Of a stretch of DNA of 47,512 nucleotides, positions 1 to 8,922 are shown in pieces. Source of the stretch: a virus (taxonomy: Duplodnaviria > Caudoviricetes). Each line of letters begins with the position of its first letter. Position 1 is the first letter of the stretch. The position numbers were made by a program, and so were the translations under genes. Location of the stretch: IMG/VR virus record IMGVR_UViG_3300032328_000467, positions 1 to 47,512 of that record, one strand, 5' to 3'. The notes under the pieces were generated by a model. The model was not told the origin of the DNA. It saw nothing but the letters and a program-made list of their open reading frames with translations, and searched no databases.

Positions 1-103
1 CTCATTGGTGGTGCTGGTGGATACCAGCCACACACCCACACCCCAAAGGTCTGGGCGACTGTCGTCTCAACTATTTACAACGATATCGAAAAGTAAGGAA
101 CAG

Positions 104-289
104 GTGACTGATTTGATTTCCGAAACAACAGTGGTATTGTTAGTATTACTTATTCTGGTTGGGACAGCACTGGTCTACCTGATTACTGTCCTGTCCCAAA
201 TGGTGGTACCAAAAGAAGACTACGAAGAGACGGTTCGCCCGCTTGTCGGAGTAGTAATGCCAAACGAAAAAAAGAAAGGAAGAAAGTAG
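104..289 (+). CDS. small single-pass membrane protein (~61 aa)
   Basis: Lies within track ORF 5..289. The in-frame GTG at 104 follows AAGGAA (95-100). Hydrophobic stretch VVLLVLLILVGTALVYLITVL and a basic C-terminus. Confidence 0.6.
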   Translation: MTDLISETTVVLLVLLILVGTALVYLITVLSQMVVPKEDYEETVRPLVGVVMPNEKKKGRK

Positions 290-291
290 TG

Positions 292-459
292 ATGAACATC
301 CTGTACAGACTTAGAGATATAGTTTGGTCTGCCGTATTAGCATTCGCATTCGCCGTTCTTACGCCGATTGTTGCAATTTTTTCACCCGAAAATATCGTAC
401 TGGTAGTCGGACTTGGACTCTCTTCCATATCACTCGCAATCCTCTCGCATCGAGTCTAA
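292..459 (+). CDS. small two-TM membrane protein (55 aa; not in ORF track)
   Basis: Manual translation: MNILYRLRDIVWSAVLAFAFAVLTPIVAIFSPENIVLVVGLGLSSISLAILSHRV*. It abuts the upstream stop (TAGTGATG), has AAGGAAG upstream and two hydrophobic segments. Confidence 0.65.
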   Translation: MNILYRLRDIVWSAVLAFAFAVLTPIVAIFSPENIVLVVGLGLSSISLAILSHRV

Positions 460-514
460 AAAGGTTCGTTGTTTTCCCTAACGAGAACTAAATAATAGAA
501 AGAAATAAATACAC

Positions 515-1054
515 ATGTCAGACCTTCAAAAACGAAATATCCAACTTCCACTACCTATGGTGCGGAGATTGTTGGATGCGCCAGTGGCGTTGCGTGACGA
601 CCTCATCAAAGGCTTACGCCGAGTAGGTTGGACTTACGCAAGCATCGCTGACCCGCTTGGGTTGAGCCGTGAAAGAGTGCGACAAATTTCCTCACAGCGG
701 GGAACTGGTTCATACGAAGCATCGTTACCGCTTCCACCCAGAAAGCCCGTAAAAGCAGAGCGCGTGTTCATCGAGCCGAGTGCTGAAACGTTGGCACGAC
801 TCAAGGAACTCCAGCCCAAAGCACAGCAGGTGCGTTCGACTTCCCCACGCTACCGACAAGAAGCAGAAGAATACACTGCCCTTCTCAACAAGGCGCACGT
901 CGAAGAAGGCGTAAGTGTCTACCGCCTCGCAAAGCGATTGGGAATTACCCACTCGTCCATTCGATTCCGCTTGGCACGATACGGGTACAAGCCATCACCT
1001 ATTGGTAGCGACAGCCCCGCCTATCGACCACTCAAGTACAGAATTATTTCTTAG
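515..1054 (+). CDS. tandem helix-turn-helix DNA-binding protein
   Basis: Sigma-region-4-like HTH (GWTYASIADPLGLSRERVRQI) plus a second HTH (GVSVYRLAKRLGITHSSIRFRL). Paralog of 4876..5379. Confidence 0.8.
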   Translation: MSDLQKRNIQLPLPMVRRLLDAPVALRDDLIKGLRRVGWTYASIADPLGLSRERVRQISSQRGTGSYEASLPLPPRKPVKAERVFIEPSAETLARLKELQPKAQQVRSTSPRYRQEAEEYTALLNKAHVEEGVSVYRLAKRLGITHSSIRFRLARYGYKPSPIGSDSPAYRPLKYRIIS

Positions 1055-1068
1055 GCAATACGCCGACA

Positions 1069-1104
1069 TAAAGACCCCTCAGTTCCGCTGGGGGGTCTTT
1101 TATT
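1069..1104 (+). terminator. intrinsic terminator
   Basis: AAAGACCCCTCAG-TTCCG-CTGGGGGGTCTTT hairpin followed by T residues, directly after the HTH gene. Confidence 0.75.
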
Positions 1105-1121
1105 GTAATACAATGGAACCT

Positions 1122-2513
1122 ATGGCAAAAAGCATTATGGAAACCTTGGCACTTCTTCCCGACGACGAGCGTGCTAGGGTCTTGGCTGGCATGAACGCAG
1201 ACACATTGCTATGGGACTGGTCTGTTTGGGGTCGCCCCGAACAACAAGCACCCGCTGGCGACTGGGCTATCTGGCTATACATGGCTGGGCGTGGCGCTGG
1301 GAAAACAAGGACTGCTGCCGAATGGGTACGCGAACAAGCACGATACACAAACACTGGTCAACGCCGATTTGCCCTCGTCGCACGTACAGCCGCTGACGTG
1401 CGTGACGTCATCGTTGAGGGCGAGAGCGGAATTATGAACGTCTCACCCCCCAGCGAACGCCCACTGTATGAGCCGTCGAAGCGACGACTGACGTGGCCGA
1501 ATGGAAACACTGCCACCTGCTTCACAGCAGACGAGCCAGACTCATTGCGTGGTCCCCAATTCACACACGCTTGGGGTGACGAAGTTGCGGCGTGGAGACA
1601 GAACCCCGACGCTGCTGGCATGACCGCATTCGACAACCTACGAGTTGGCACACGACTTGGGGCGCACCCAAAGATTCTGGTAACGACCACCCCCAAGCGT
1701 GTATCGCTACTCTACAAACTACTTGATGAGGCAGAGAAAACTGGTCGCGTAGTGGTCACGCGAGGTTCCACACTCGACAACGCAGGCAACCTATCAGGCG
1801 CATACCTTGATGCCATTACTGGCGTCTATGCTGGCACACGACTGGCACAACAAGAACTCTATGGTGAAATGCTGGACGCCGTTGAAGGCGCGTTGTGGAC
1901 AGACGAACTGATTGAACGAAGCAGACAATCGTCAATGCCACCAAACATTCCCCTACGAGTAATCGGTGTCGACCCTTCCGTAGCCGAGAACCCGCGTGAC
2001 GAATGTGGCATTGTCGTCGTTGCCTCGACAGGCGAACGAGACTTATACAAGCGACAGTCGTGGGTATTGGAAGACGCCTCCATTCTTGGGTCACCCGAAG
2101 TCTGGGCTAACCGCGTCGTTGCTATGGCACGCAAATGGGGATGCCCCGTTGTTGCTGAAGTCAACCAAGGTGGGGCACTTGTCAAGAACGCCATTCACAC
2201 TATCGACCCCAACATCAAGGTATTGGAAGTCCATTCCAAATACGGAAAAGCATTGCGAGCCGAGCCAGTCACACTCGCATACGAACAAGGACGTGTCCAC
2301 CACTTGGGATATATGGGTGACTTGGAATCACAAATGCTATCGTGGATACCCGGTGAAGGGAAGTCACCAGACCGAGTCGATGCGCTAGTCCACGCACTTA
2401 CAGCGCTACTAATCAAACCACCCGCTGGGTTCACAGGTGGAAAGATTACCGCCAAGTCAATGGCTGGCAGAAGACTTCCCGATTCGCGTGGAAGTTTATT
2501 CAGACTTAGGTAA
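1122..2513 (+). CDS. terL: terminase large subunit
   Basis: Q motif (RPEQ), Walker A AGRGAGKT, SLRGPQF, Walker B AWGDE, coupling motif TTTP, RNase H-like VIGVDP and C-terminal SPDRVDALV. Start moved from 915 to ATG 1122 (or 1113) because the terminator lies at 1069-1104. Confidence 0.95.
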   Translation: MAKSIMETLALLPDDERARVLAGMNADTLLWDWSVWGRPEQQAPAGDWAIWLYMAGRGAGKTRTAAEWVREQARYTNTGQRRFALVARTAADVRDVIVEGESGIMNVSPPSERPLYEPSKRRLTWPNGNTATCFTADEPDSLRGPQFTHAWGDEVAAWRQNPDAAGMTAFDNLRVGTRLGAHPKILVTTTPKRVSLLYKLLDEAEKTGRVVVTRGSTLDNAGNLSGAYLDAITGVYAGTRLAQQELYGEMLDAVEGALWTDELIERSRQSSMPPNIPLRVIGVDPSVAENPRDECGIVVVASTGERDLYKRQSWVLEDASILGSPEVWANRVVAMARKWGCPVVAEVNQGGALVKNAIHTIDPNIKVLEVHSKYGKALRAEPVTLAYEQGRVHHLGYMGDLESQMLSWIPGEGKSPDRVDALVHALTALLIKPPAGFTGGKITAKSMAGRRLPDSRGSLFRLR

Positions 2514-2537
2514 CGCCGACCATCTGAAATTCAAGGC

Positions 2538-2575
2538 AAAAAGAAAGCCCGTTTTTCAGCGGGCTTCCTTCCTTT
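2538..2575. terminator. bidirectional intrinsic terminator
   Basis: A-run, then AAGCCCG-N8-CGGGCTT, then a pyrimidine tail, between the converging terL and minus-strand genes. Confidence 0.7.
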
Positions 2576-2585
2576 CGTTCGGCGT

Positions 2586-2864
2586 TTACCAGTCGCCATT
2601 CGCTTCTTGGATTGTGTCGTAAGGCGATTCGTCGTATTCGATTGTGCCCTCGTATTCGCCTTGCGTTCCGCAGGTCAGACAGTCGAATGTCCCCCACTCG
2701 TCGCTTCCGTAGGACGCGAGACTAACCATTGCGTCTTGCGCTTCATCGTACTTGGCACAGTCCTCGTTGGCGCAGTGGACAACGCGGGTGTCCTCCCATT
2801 CCTTGTCAGCGCCAGCAATGGCAAACTCGTTGCCAGTCACGCCTTCTGGATAGTATCCACTCAT
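2586..2864 (-). CDS. small acidic zinc-ribbon-like protein
   Basis: CANEDC...CLTC cysteine pairs, N-terminal YYPEGVTGNE motif and a purine-rich RBS (GGAAAGGGAA) upstream. Confidence 0.75.
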   Translation of the reverse strand: MSGYYPEGVTGNEFAIAGADKEWEDTRVVHCANEDCAKYDEAQDAMVSLASYGSDEWGTFDCLTCGTQGEYEGTIEYDESPYDTIQEANGDW

Positions 2865-2938
2865 TTCATTTCCCTTTCCGTTGGGCGAGTGTTGCTTTTA
2901 ATAATTACTTTACGCTCTTTCGTCGTAAAGCCAATTGT

Positions 2939-3436
2939 TTATTTACGCCAGAAATCAACGTCAACGTTCCGCAACCATTCAGCGAATATCTCATTCGATA
3001 ACGCCTTACCCGAACGCTTCTTCCTAATCAGTCTGATTGCTTCTTCAGGTGAATAGCCGTCACGGATTAGAATGAGCGCAGTCAGTAGCCCAGAGCGATT
3101 CCACCCTGCCTGACAACGAACCAGTGTCTTCCGACCAGACTTCCATTCACTGTATGCCAGAATGACGAACGGGTATAAGTCACGTTCTGGATTGAAGTCA
3201 CCCATACTACTGTCCAAGATTCCAAGCCTAAACTCACGAACCCCATTACCGACTGGGTTGGAACGCGACGCTAACGTGAATACGCTTTCGAACTGTAGTT
3301 TGTTGATACGCCGTAAGTTCCCGCGATTCACCATATCTTCTTTATCAGTTCCGCCCTGCCATAGACCGGGAAGAATCTCAGACCAGATAGGACCACGTTC
3401 TTTACGTTCTACTGATTCTGTAATTGTCATTGTCAT
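2939..3436 (-). CDS. dual-specificity (cysteine-dependent, CX5R) protein phosphatase, copy 1
   Basis: EILPGLWQGG N-terminal motif, P-loop LVRCQAGWNRSG and EEAIRLIRKKR. RBS AGGAGGT at 3447-3441 favours ATG 3436 or 3430. Confidence 0.9.
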   Translation of the reverse strand: MTMTITESVERKERGPIWSEILPGLWQGGTDKEDMVNRGNLRRINKLQFESVFTLASRSNPVGNGVREFRLGILDSSMGDFNPERDLYPFVILAYSEWKSGRKTLVRCQAGWNRSGLLTALILIRDGYSPEEAIRLIRKKRSGKALSNEIFAEWLRNVDVDFWRK

Positions 3437-3460
3437 TTTCACCTCCTAAGTGATACCTAA

Positions 3461-3490
3461 ATAATACTATACAAACATACCGTATGTCAA
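3461..3490 (-). promoter_or_regulatory. sigma70/SigA-type promoter with overlapping palindrome
   Basis: Minus strand TTGACA (3490-3485)-N18-TATTAT (3466-3461). Palindrome ACATAC-C-GTATGT at 3475-3487 overlaps the -35. Confidence 0.65.
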
Positions 3491-3493
3491 ATC

Positions 3494-3524
3494 AAAAAGA
3501 AGCCCCCCATTTCTGAGGGGCTTC
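3494..3524 (-). terminator. intrinsic terminator after phosphatase copy 2
   Basis: GAAGCCCC/GGGGCTTC stem with an A5 run on the + strand, which is the U-tail on the minus strand. Confidence 0.75.
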
Positions 3525-3534
3525 CCGTTTACGA

Positions 3535-4050
3535 CTACTTACGCCAGAACTCGACGTTCGTCTCAAGCAACCAATTAGCGAATGTGAAATTGCTAAGGGC
3601 GTGCCGTGAACGCTTCTTACGAATAAGGTCGATTGCGTCTGCCGCCGTATGCCCGTCACGAATCAAGACGAGTGCCATAAGCAAACCCGAACGATTCCAA
3701 CCAGCCTGACAGCGAATGAGTACGCGCTTGCCGTCTTTCCAATCAGCGTGAGCCATAACGACCAGCCGATACAAGTCACCCTCTGGTGAGAAGTCTGACA
3801 TATCACCATCGCGGATAGTCTTGCGAACCTCTAGTACGCCGTTCATCACCGGGTTAGACATCGAACACATCGTGTAGACAGAATCGAAATCCCTGTTTGT
3901 CACACGATTCCGATTGTTACCCCTACCGACTTCATCAAATGCGTCAGTACCGCCCTGCCACAGATTGGGCAGAACCTCATTCCATAAGGCTTGGGCGTTG
4001 TAGTCTGCCAGCATACTGCCGTGACTGTAAGTGTTTTCCGTTGTAGTCAT
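3535..4050 (-). CDS. dual-specificity (CX5R) protein phosphatase, copy 2
   Basis: EVLPNLWQGG, LIRCQAGWNRSG and DAIDLIRKKR. Ends in FWRK like copy 1. AGGAA upstream on the minus strand. Confidence 0.9.
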   Translation of the reverse strand: MTTTENTYSHGSMLADYNAQALWNEVLPNLWQGGTDAFDEVGRGNNRNRVTNRDFDSVYTMCSMSNPVMNGVLEVRKTIRDGDMSDFSPEGDLYRLVVMAHADWKDGKRVLIRCQAGWNRSGLLMALVLIRDGHTAADAIDLIRKKRSRHALSNFTFANWLLETNVEFWRK

Positions 4051-4065
4051 TACATTATTCCTAAC

Positions 4066-4272
4066 TGCCGATACTGTCTGTACCGACTACCGCAATCATA
4101 CCGATATCATTACCGAATGTCAACTGTACGCCGTCAATTCCCGACAGGTGTAGCCCCAGAAGATTGCCGATAGGTGTGGCAATGCCGTTGCCGATAGGCG
4201 TTGCGCTTAGACATTTCATTAGGTAGCCAATGAATGTGGGCAATGCCGTCAATGCCGTTAATACCGATTGCC
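4066..4272. repeat. degenerate short direct-repeat array (TRCCG / CAATGCCGT)
   Basis: More than 10 copies of T(A/G)CCG, CAATGCCGT three times (4180, 4241, 4250) and TGCCGATAGG twice. Confidence 0.6.
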
Positions 4273-4558
4273 ACTACCTAACCCAACCCATTAGCCAGTG
4301 GCGAGCAACCGCACCGTTCCCGAATTTACCGACTAACCTAATGTTTTTAAATTAATTACTAATCTGCCATAATCCCCCCACCTAGGCATAACCAACCTCA
4401 GTGCACACATAACCTAGACCACCAACCAATACGCCCGCCAAACCAGCCCGCCAATGGGAAAACAACGAACCTTTTACTGGGGAAGCCCCGCCCGCACTTG
4501 GGCGATACCCAACAGGTGACTTGGATACACTCAAGCCGCCCCTTTAGTTGTCAAAATG

Positions 4559-4725
4559 TGCTACTTTTGGCTAATTTTGGCTACTTTTGGGCTGCTTTTA
4601 GGCTAGTTGTAGACTAGTTTTTAGACACTTTTGATAAATTTAAGCACATTATCAAACATTAAGACCTATTTTTACGCCAAAAATGACCTCTCGACGGCAG
4701 TTTTGACGGCATTTTGACGGCATTT
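4559..4725. repeat. phased T-tract tandem repeats and GACGGCA repeats
   Basis: CTA(C/A)TTTTGG three times at 4561-4590, then degenerate copies. Inverted repeat TTTGATAA/TTATCAAA at 4630-4656. GACGGCA three times (4693, 4705, 4716). Confidence 0.7.
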
Positions 4726-4875
4726 AGGAAACAATCCGGGCGCAGCCAAAATACCAACGTTCCCGTCTCGGTGACCAAAGCCATTTTTCGTCAATGTACG
4801 ATTATTCGTAGACAGTACAAGACACTTCGCCCTTTGTAGCATAAGAACGTTCGTACATTCGTGCTAAAATGTACT

Positions 4876-5379
4876 ATGACCGAAGAACGTCGCTCCGCTC
4901 GTGATTTAGACCTGCCCGAAGAGGAAAGACTAACTCTGACCACCGATTGCGACACTAAAGCCAAGCGCAACTGTCGTGCTCGTCAACTATATGAAGCGGG
5001 GTGGACGCTCCGTGCTATCGGAGAGGCGTTCACGCCCTCGTACAGACGCTCAACCGTCAAGTATTGGGTCGAACAGGGCGATTACGTCCACCGCATCAAC
5101 GTCCCTATCCCCGTCCCGAACGTCAGACCCACTGGGTATCAGCGTAAGAAGCCGATTAGCCCCGGTATTCCTGCCAACACTCAAAAACGTCTAGCCCACT
5201 TAGCCCCTCTAGCCCGATACTTCCGTAGCGGTATGGCGTCGACGTCCATCAACGCACAAGCGAACCAAGAGTTCAATGCTCTTGTTCACGAACTCTTCTC
5301 CAGTAACGTCACTATTGCTGAAATCGCCAAAGCAAGCAACGTCACGTTCCGCGCAATCGCTCGCAGACTAGGAAGATAG
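4876..5379 (+). CDS. tandem HTH DNA-binding protein (paralog of 515..1054)
   Basis: GWTLRAIGEAF...RRSTVKYW and NVTIAEIAKASNVTFRAIARRL. ATG 4876 lies 5 nt after TAAAAT (4865-4870), suggesting a leaderless start. Confidence 0.8.
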   Translation: MTEERRSARDLDLPEEERLTLTTDCDTKAKRNCRARQLYEAGWTLRAIGEAFTPSYRRSTVKYWVEQGDYVHRINVPIPVPNVRPTGYQRKKPISPGIPANTQKRLAHLAPLARYFRSGMASTSINAQANQEFNALVHELFSSNVTIAEIAKASNVTFRAIARRLGR

Positions 5380-5753
5380 TGTCCACCTACAAAATTCTGC
5401 TCGACGTTTTTCCTGCCAACGTCATTGTTGCTCCAGAGAGTTCAGATTTCACTGCTGACACTTTGAACATTGTTCCTGACGTCCCCAGTACTTTGTATCA
5501 AGAGGTGACGAGGATTATTGTGACGGAGGAGCGAGTTATTGTTGCTCAAGATACGCCTACGGGTGCACAGATTATTGGTAACGAACTTTACGACCCCGCA
5601 ACACTAATAAAAGGTACGCGCCCTGACTATCGGACGTATCTCACTACCCAAAGCGGTAAGAAAATCGCGTTCTTCAAGGACAACGGTTGCGGGTGTGCGT
5701 CTAGGCTAAGAAGTTGGAACCCCTATAACGTTATTATGTCGAGCAAAGGATAA
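5379..5753 (+). CDS. hypothetical phage protein with C-terminal GCGCxSRLR motif
   Basis: Start overlaps the upstream stop. C-terminal DNGCGCASRLRSWNP. Confidence 0.7.
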   Translation: MSTYKILLDVFPANVIVAPESSDFTADTLNIVPDVPSTLYQEVTRIIVTEERVIVAQDTPTGAQIIGNELYDPATLIKGTRPDYRTYLTTQSGKKIAFFKDNGCGCASRLRSWNPYNVIMSSKG

Positions 5754-5755
5754 GT

Positions 5756-6058
5756 GTGCCCCTAATTCCTACAGACCCAGTTTGGTTTTTCACTCTTTTT
5801 ATTATATTTTCTTTAGCGACGTTTAGGTTGGCTCGTCTTGTGACGACTGACCAAATATTCAGCCCACTGCGAAATAAAATCTGGGAGCGGTTTCCGCCGA
5901 ACACACAGTTTGGTTATTTGTTTACGTGCGTGTGGTGTACGTCGATATGGACGGCATCGCTTCTTGTTGCGTGTTATACAATATTTAGTACGGCGACGTT
6001 GGTTTTTGCAATCATTCTTGCGCTGTCGACAATTGCTGGTTTGATAGGAGACCGTTAG
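5756..6058 (+). CDS. DUF1360-like membrane protein
   Basis: LATFRLARLVTTDQIFSPLR and LFTCVWCTSIW motifs with TM segments, directly upstream of the portal. Confidence 0.8.
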   Translation: MPLIPTDPVWFFTLFIIFSLATFRLARLVTTDQIFSPLRNKIWERFPPNTQFGYLFTCVWCTSIWTASLLVACYTIFSTATLVFAIILALSTIAGLIGDR

Positions 6059-7833
6059 TGGGAATCTTTAGTCGCGAGACCCCTTCAGGGGGAAACTCGA
6101 ACCGTGCTAACCGTCGTATTCGTGCTTCTGCCCCAAGTACTACTGCTCTCCCTTCGGCAAGTAGCAGTTCTATCTTTTTGTCTCCCGTAAACGTGGCGCA
6201 ACCTTTGCCGTTTAACGCTCCGCGTCCTTTGACCGCAGCGGCGTCGCAGGTGAAACTTGGTGACCGTAACGAAGCAGAAGTTTTCAAAGAACGTCGAGCG
6301 TCTGGCTCTAGTACGTGGCAAACCGAAGCGTGGGAATACTACGACGCTATTGGTGAAGTGAAGTATGCGTTTAATCTTGTTGCTTCTGTTATTTCGCGTA
6401 TTCGTTTGTACCCAGCAGTTATTGGTAATCCTTCGGAAAGTCCTAGCCCGATTCGTAACGTTGAGGATTTCGACCAGCGGGTTGTTGCGGCGTCGGAGCG
6501 TGCGCTTCAGCGTTTGGACAGTGCGTATGGCGGAACTGCGGGGCTTCTTCGTGACGCGGCTCTTAATCTTCAGGTGACAGGCGAGTGTTATCTCACCCAA
6601 GTTCCAGAGAAAGTCGGGTCTGGTGTTCCAGAGAGTTGGGACGTCCGTTCTATTGACGAGGTGAACACCGACGTCAAGGGTAACTATTTTATTACGCCTC
6701 GTCGTGAACTTCGTAATGCGACGGGTGGCTCGAAGCGGGGGGTTATTCCTCTTCCTAAGGGCGCTTTTATTGGACGTATTTGGAAGTCTCACCCTCGTTA
6801 TTCGGACGAAGCGGATTCCTCATTGCGCGGTGTTCTTGACCTCTGCGCCGAACTGCTTCTTTTGAACCGTACGTTCCGTGCCACCGCACGTTCACGTCTC
6901 AACGCTGGTGCTCTTTACTTGCCTGACGGTCTTTCTATGGCAGCGACGCCTGACCCTAACTATCCTTATGATGACGCCGACGGTATTTATTCCGAGCCGA
7001 CCACAGAAGAACTCGAAGACGAATTTGAGGACCAACTGATGGACGCTATGACTACGCCTATCAAGGACGAAGACAGCGCCAGCGCCGTTGTTCCTCTTAT
7101 TATCCGTGGACCTGCCGAGTTGGGCGACAAAATCAAGCAGTTCAAGTTTGAGCGTTCGTTTGACCCCGCACTGGCTGCGCGTTCTGACCGCGTGCTTGAG
7201 CGTATTCTTCAGGGCCTCGACGTCCCTAAGGACGTCGTTACGGGACTTGCTAACGTCAAGTATTCGAATGCGCTACAGATTGACGAGGCACTCTATAAGG
7301 CTCACATTGAGCCTCTTATGCTTTTGATTTCTGACGCGTTGACGGTTGTCTACTTGCGTCCGTTCTTGCTTGCTAATGGTTTTAGCCAGACTGAAGCCGA
7401 GCGCATTGTTGTGTGGTACGACCCAAGTCAGGTTGCTACTCGTAACGATAAGGCGCAGGACGCCGATATGGGCTTCGACAAGATGGCTGTTTCGTATGAG
7501 ACGTGGCGACGTGCCCACGGTTTCTCGGAGTCGGAAGCACCTAGCCCTGACGAACTTGCGCTACGACTTATTATTGAAAAGGGAATGATTACGCCAGAAC
7601 TTACGGAAGCGATGATTGGCGCGGTTGCCCCCGAAATTATGACAAAGATGCGTGGCGCGTCTCAGGCAGCAGGTCCTACTCCTGCGGTTCCAGCGCTAGA
7701 CGCAATTCTCCAAGGTCAGGCGCCGCCAGCCACGGCAGCGCCTGTAGAGGAAGCACCGCCAGCATTGGCAGAGCCAGAAGCAGCACCCGCACCCGAACAA
7801 GCCATTCCGCCTCTTGCGGAACCAGAAGTATAA
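6058..7833 (+). CDS. portal protein
   Basis: WQTEAWEYYDAIGEVKYA, NLQVTGECY, RIWKSHP, RSRLNAG, SASAVVPLII and VWYDPS motifs typical of actinophage portals. Pro/Ala/Glu-rich tail and position in the head module. Confidence 0.88.
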   Translation: MGIFSRETPSGGNSNRANRRIRASAPSTTALPSASSSSIFLSPVNVAQPLPFNAPRPLTAAASQVKLGDRNEAEVFKERRASGSSTWQTEAWEYYDAIGEVKYAFNLVASVISRIRLYPAVIGNPSESPSPIRNVEDFDQRVVAASERALQRLDSAYGGTAGLLRDAALNLQVTGECYLTQVPEKVGSGVPESWDVRSIDEVNTDVKGNYFITPRRELRNATGGSKRGVIPLPKGAFIGRIWKSHPRYSDEADSSLRGVLDLCAELLLLNRTFRATARSRLNAGALYLPDGLSMAATPDPNYPYDDADGIYSEPTTEELEDEFEDQLMDAMTTPIKDEDSASAVVPLIIRGPAELGDKIKQFKFERSFDPALAARSDRVLERILQGLDVPKDVVTGLANVKYSNALQIDEALYKAHIEPLMLLISDALTVVYLRPFLLANGFSQTEAERIVVWYDPSQVATRNDKAQDADMGFDKMAVSYETWRRAHGFSESEAPSPDELALRLIIEKGMITPELTEAMIGAVAPEIMTKMRGASQAAGPTPAVPALDAILQGQAPPATAAPVEEAPPALAEPEAAPAPEQAIPPLAEPEV

Positions 7834-7843
7834 GGAATAAAAC

Positions 7844-8317
7844 ATGCAATTTTCAAACGCTGACCTAGCGAAGCACTTGTCGGTTATTCTTTCCGACTTG
7901 GTTGTCTACAAGCACACGGCTCAGGGATATCACTGGAATGTCAAGGGACCTTTGTTTCCCCAGTTCCACGATTTCTTTGAAGAGTTGTACGAGGACGCCG
8001 AAAGCGCAATTGACCCGACGGGTGAGAGCATTCGTAAACTTGGGTTTGACGCTCCCTACATGCTGGGCGACTTTCTTACGTTGTCAAGTGGCGAGCCTCG
8101 CGTTGCTATTAGTGACCCGATTGAAATGTCTCGCGTTCTGTACGAACTCAACGAGAACCTTGTTGCCCACCTAACTGTTGCGTTTGAGATTGCGAGCGCT
8201 TTGAATCGTCAGGGTGTTGCTGATTTCTTGGCGGGACGTATTGACGTTCACCGCAAGTTTGTGTGGCAACTGGGAACTATTTGTGGAAATGATTCCACTT
8301 CGCTGAGCAGTTTCTAA
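7844..8317 (+). CDS. dps: Dps / ferritin-like DNA-protection protein
   Basis: HWNVKGPLFPQFHDFFEELY...ID..GE.IRKLG signature with ferroxidase H/D/E residues. RBS AAGGA. Confidence 0.92.
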   Translation: MQFSNADLAKHLSVILSDLVVYKHTAQGYHWNVKGPLFPQFHDFFEELYEDAESAIDPTGESIRKLGFDAPYMLGDFLTLSSGEPRVAISDPIEMSRVLYELNENLVAHLTVAFEIASALNRQGVADFLAGRIDVHRKFVWQLGTICGNDSTSLSSF

Positions 8318-8336
8318 AGTTATTGAGGAGTTCCTT

Positions 8337-8873
8337 GTGGACGAAGAACAAACAGTAATAGAGTCTATTTACGTTATAAAGCCACTTTTGATTGTGGAAG
8401 ATAATGTACTTGCGCTTGTTGCTTCTGCTAATGAGCAGGTACCTGACGCACGCAAACTTGAGCGTCTTTATGCTTATCAGGCTCTTGAGCGTGCTATGGA
8501 TAGAACGGCGCTTCTTTTTACTCAGCCCGCTGTCCGTGAGATTACGGTTATGCGTGAGGTTTCTGATTTTATCAAGGTAGCAACGTTTGGTTCGGAGCCA
8601 AAGTATTGTCACGAGTATCTAGACTTGCTTCCTGTTGGACACCCAATGTCCACTCGTTCGGTGGAAACGTTGTCGACGGAGGACGTTGGGGAGCACGGGG
8701 TTTTGTGGCGTGCTGGTGACCCCCGCGTTTCTGACGAGAATCGCCCACTTGTTGCTTCAGCGTTTCGTTCTGAACCTAATTCTGTTGAGAGAAAGTTTTT
8801 GTTAGCCCGTCTTGAGAGTATGCCGAACGCAGAAATTCCTAGGGATTTGCTAGTTCACCTTATCGAAGAATAA
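8337..8873 (+). CDS. head-module hypothetical protein (DLLPxGHP motif)
   Basis: Strong RBS GAGGAG before GTG. Motif YLDLLPVGHPMS and two LVASA motifs. Confidence 0.75.
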   Translation: MDEEQTVIESIYVIKPLLIVEDNVLALVASANEQVPDARKLERLYAYQALERAMDRTALLFTQPAVREITVMREVSDFIKVATFGSEPKYCHEYLDLLPVGHPMSTRSVETLSTEDVGEHGVLWRAGDPRVSDENRPLVASAFRSEPNSVERKFLLARLESMPNAEIPRDLLVHLIEE

Positions 8874-8922
8874 TTTCTTTGTTACACTTGTTTTATATAA
8901 ATTCCGCTTACAGGAGAGATTT

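Noticed and set aside
915-1112. N-terminal extension of terL in the ORF track
   Set aside because: It overlaps the HTH gene and crosses a terminator; terminase-like sequence begins at 1113/1122.
4061-4252. 63-aa minus-strand ORF with ATPIGN repeats
   Set aside because: Best explained as a by-product of the DNA repeat array; no convincing RBS or motif.
4066-4725. Possible CRISPR-like array
   Set aside because: Repeats are 5-11 bp, degenerate, lack regular unique spacers, and no cas genes are present.
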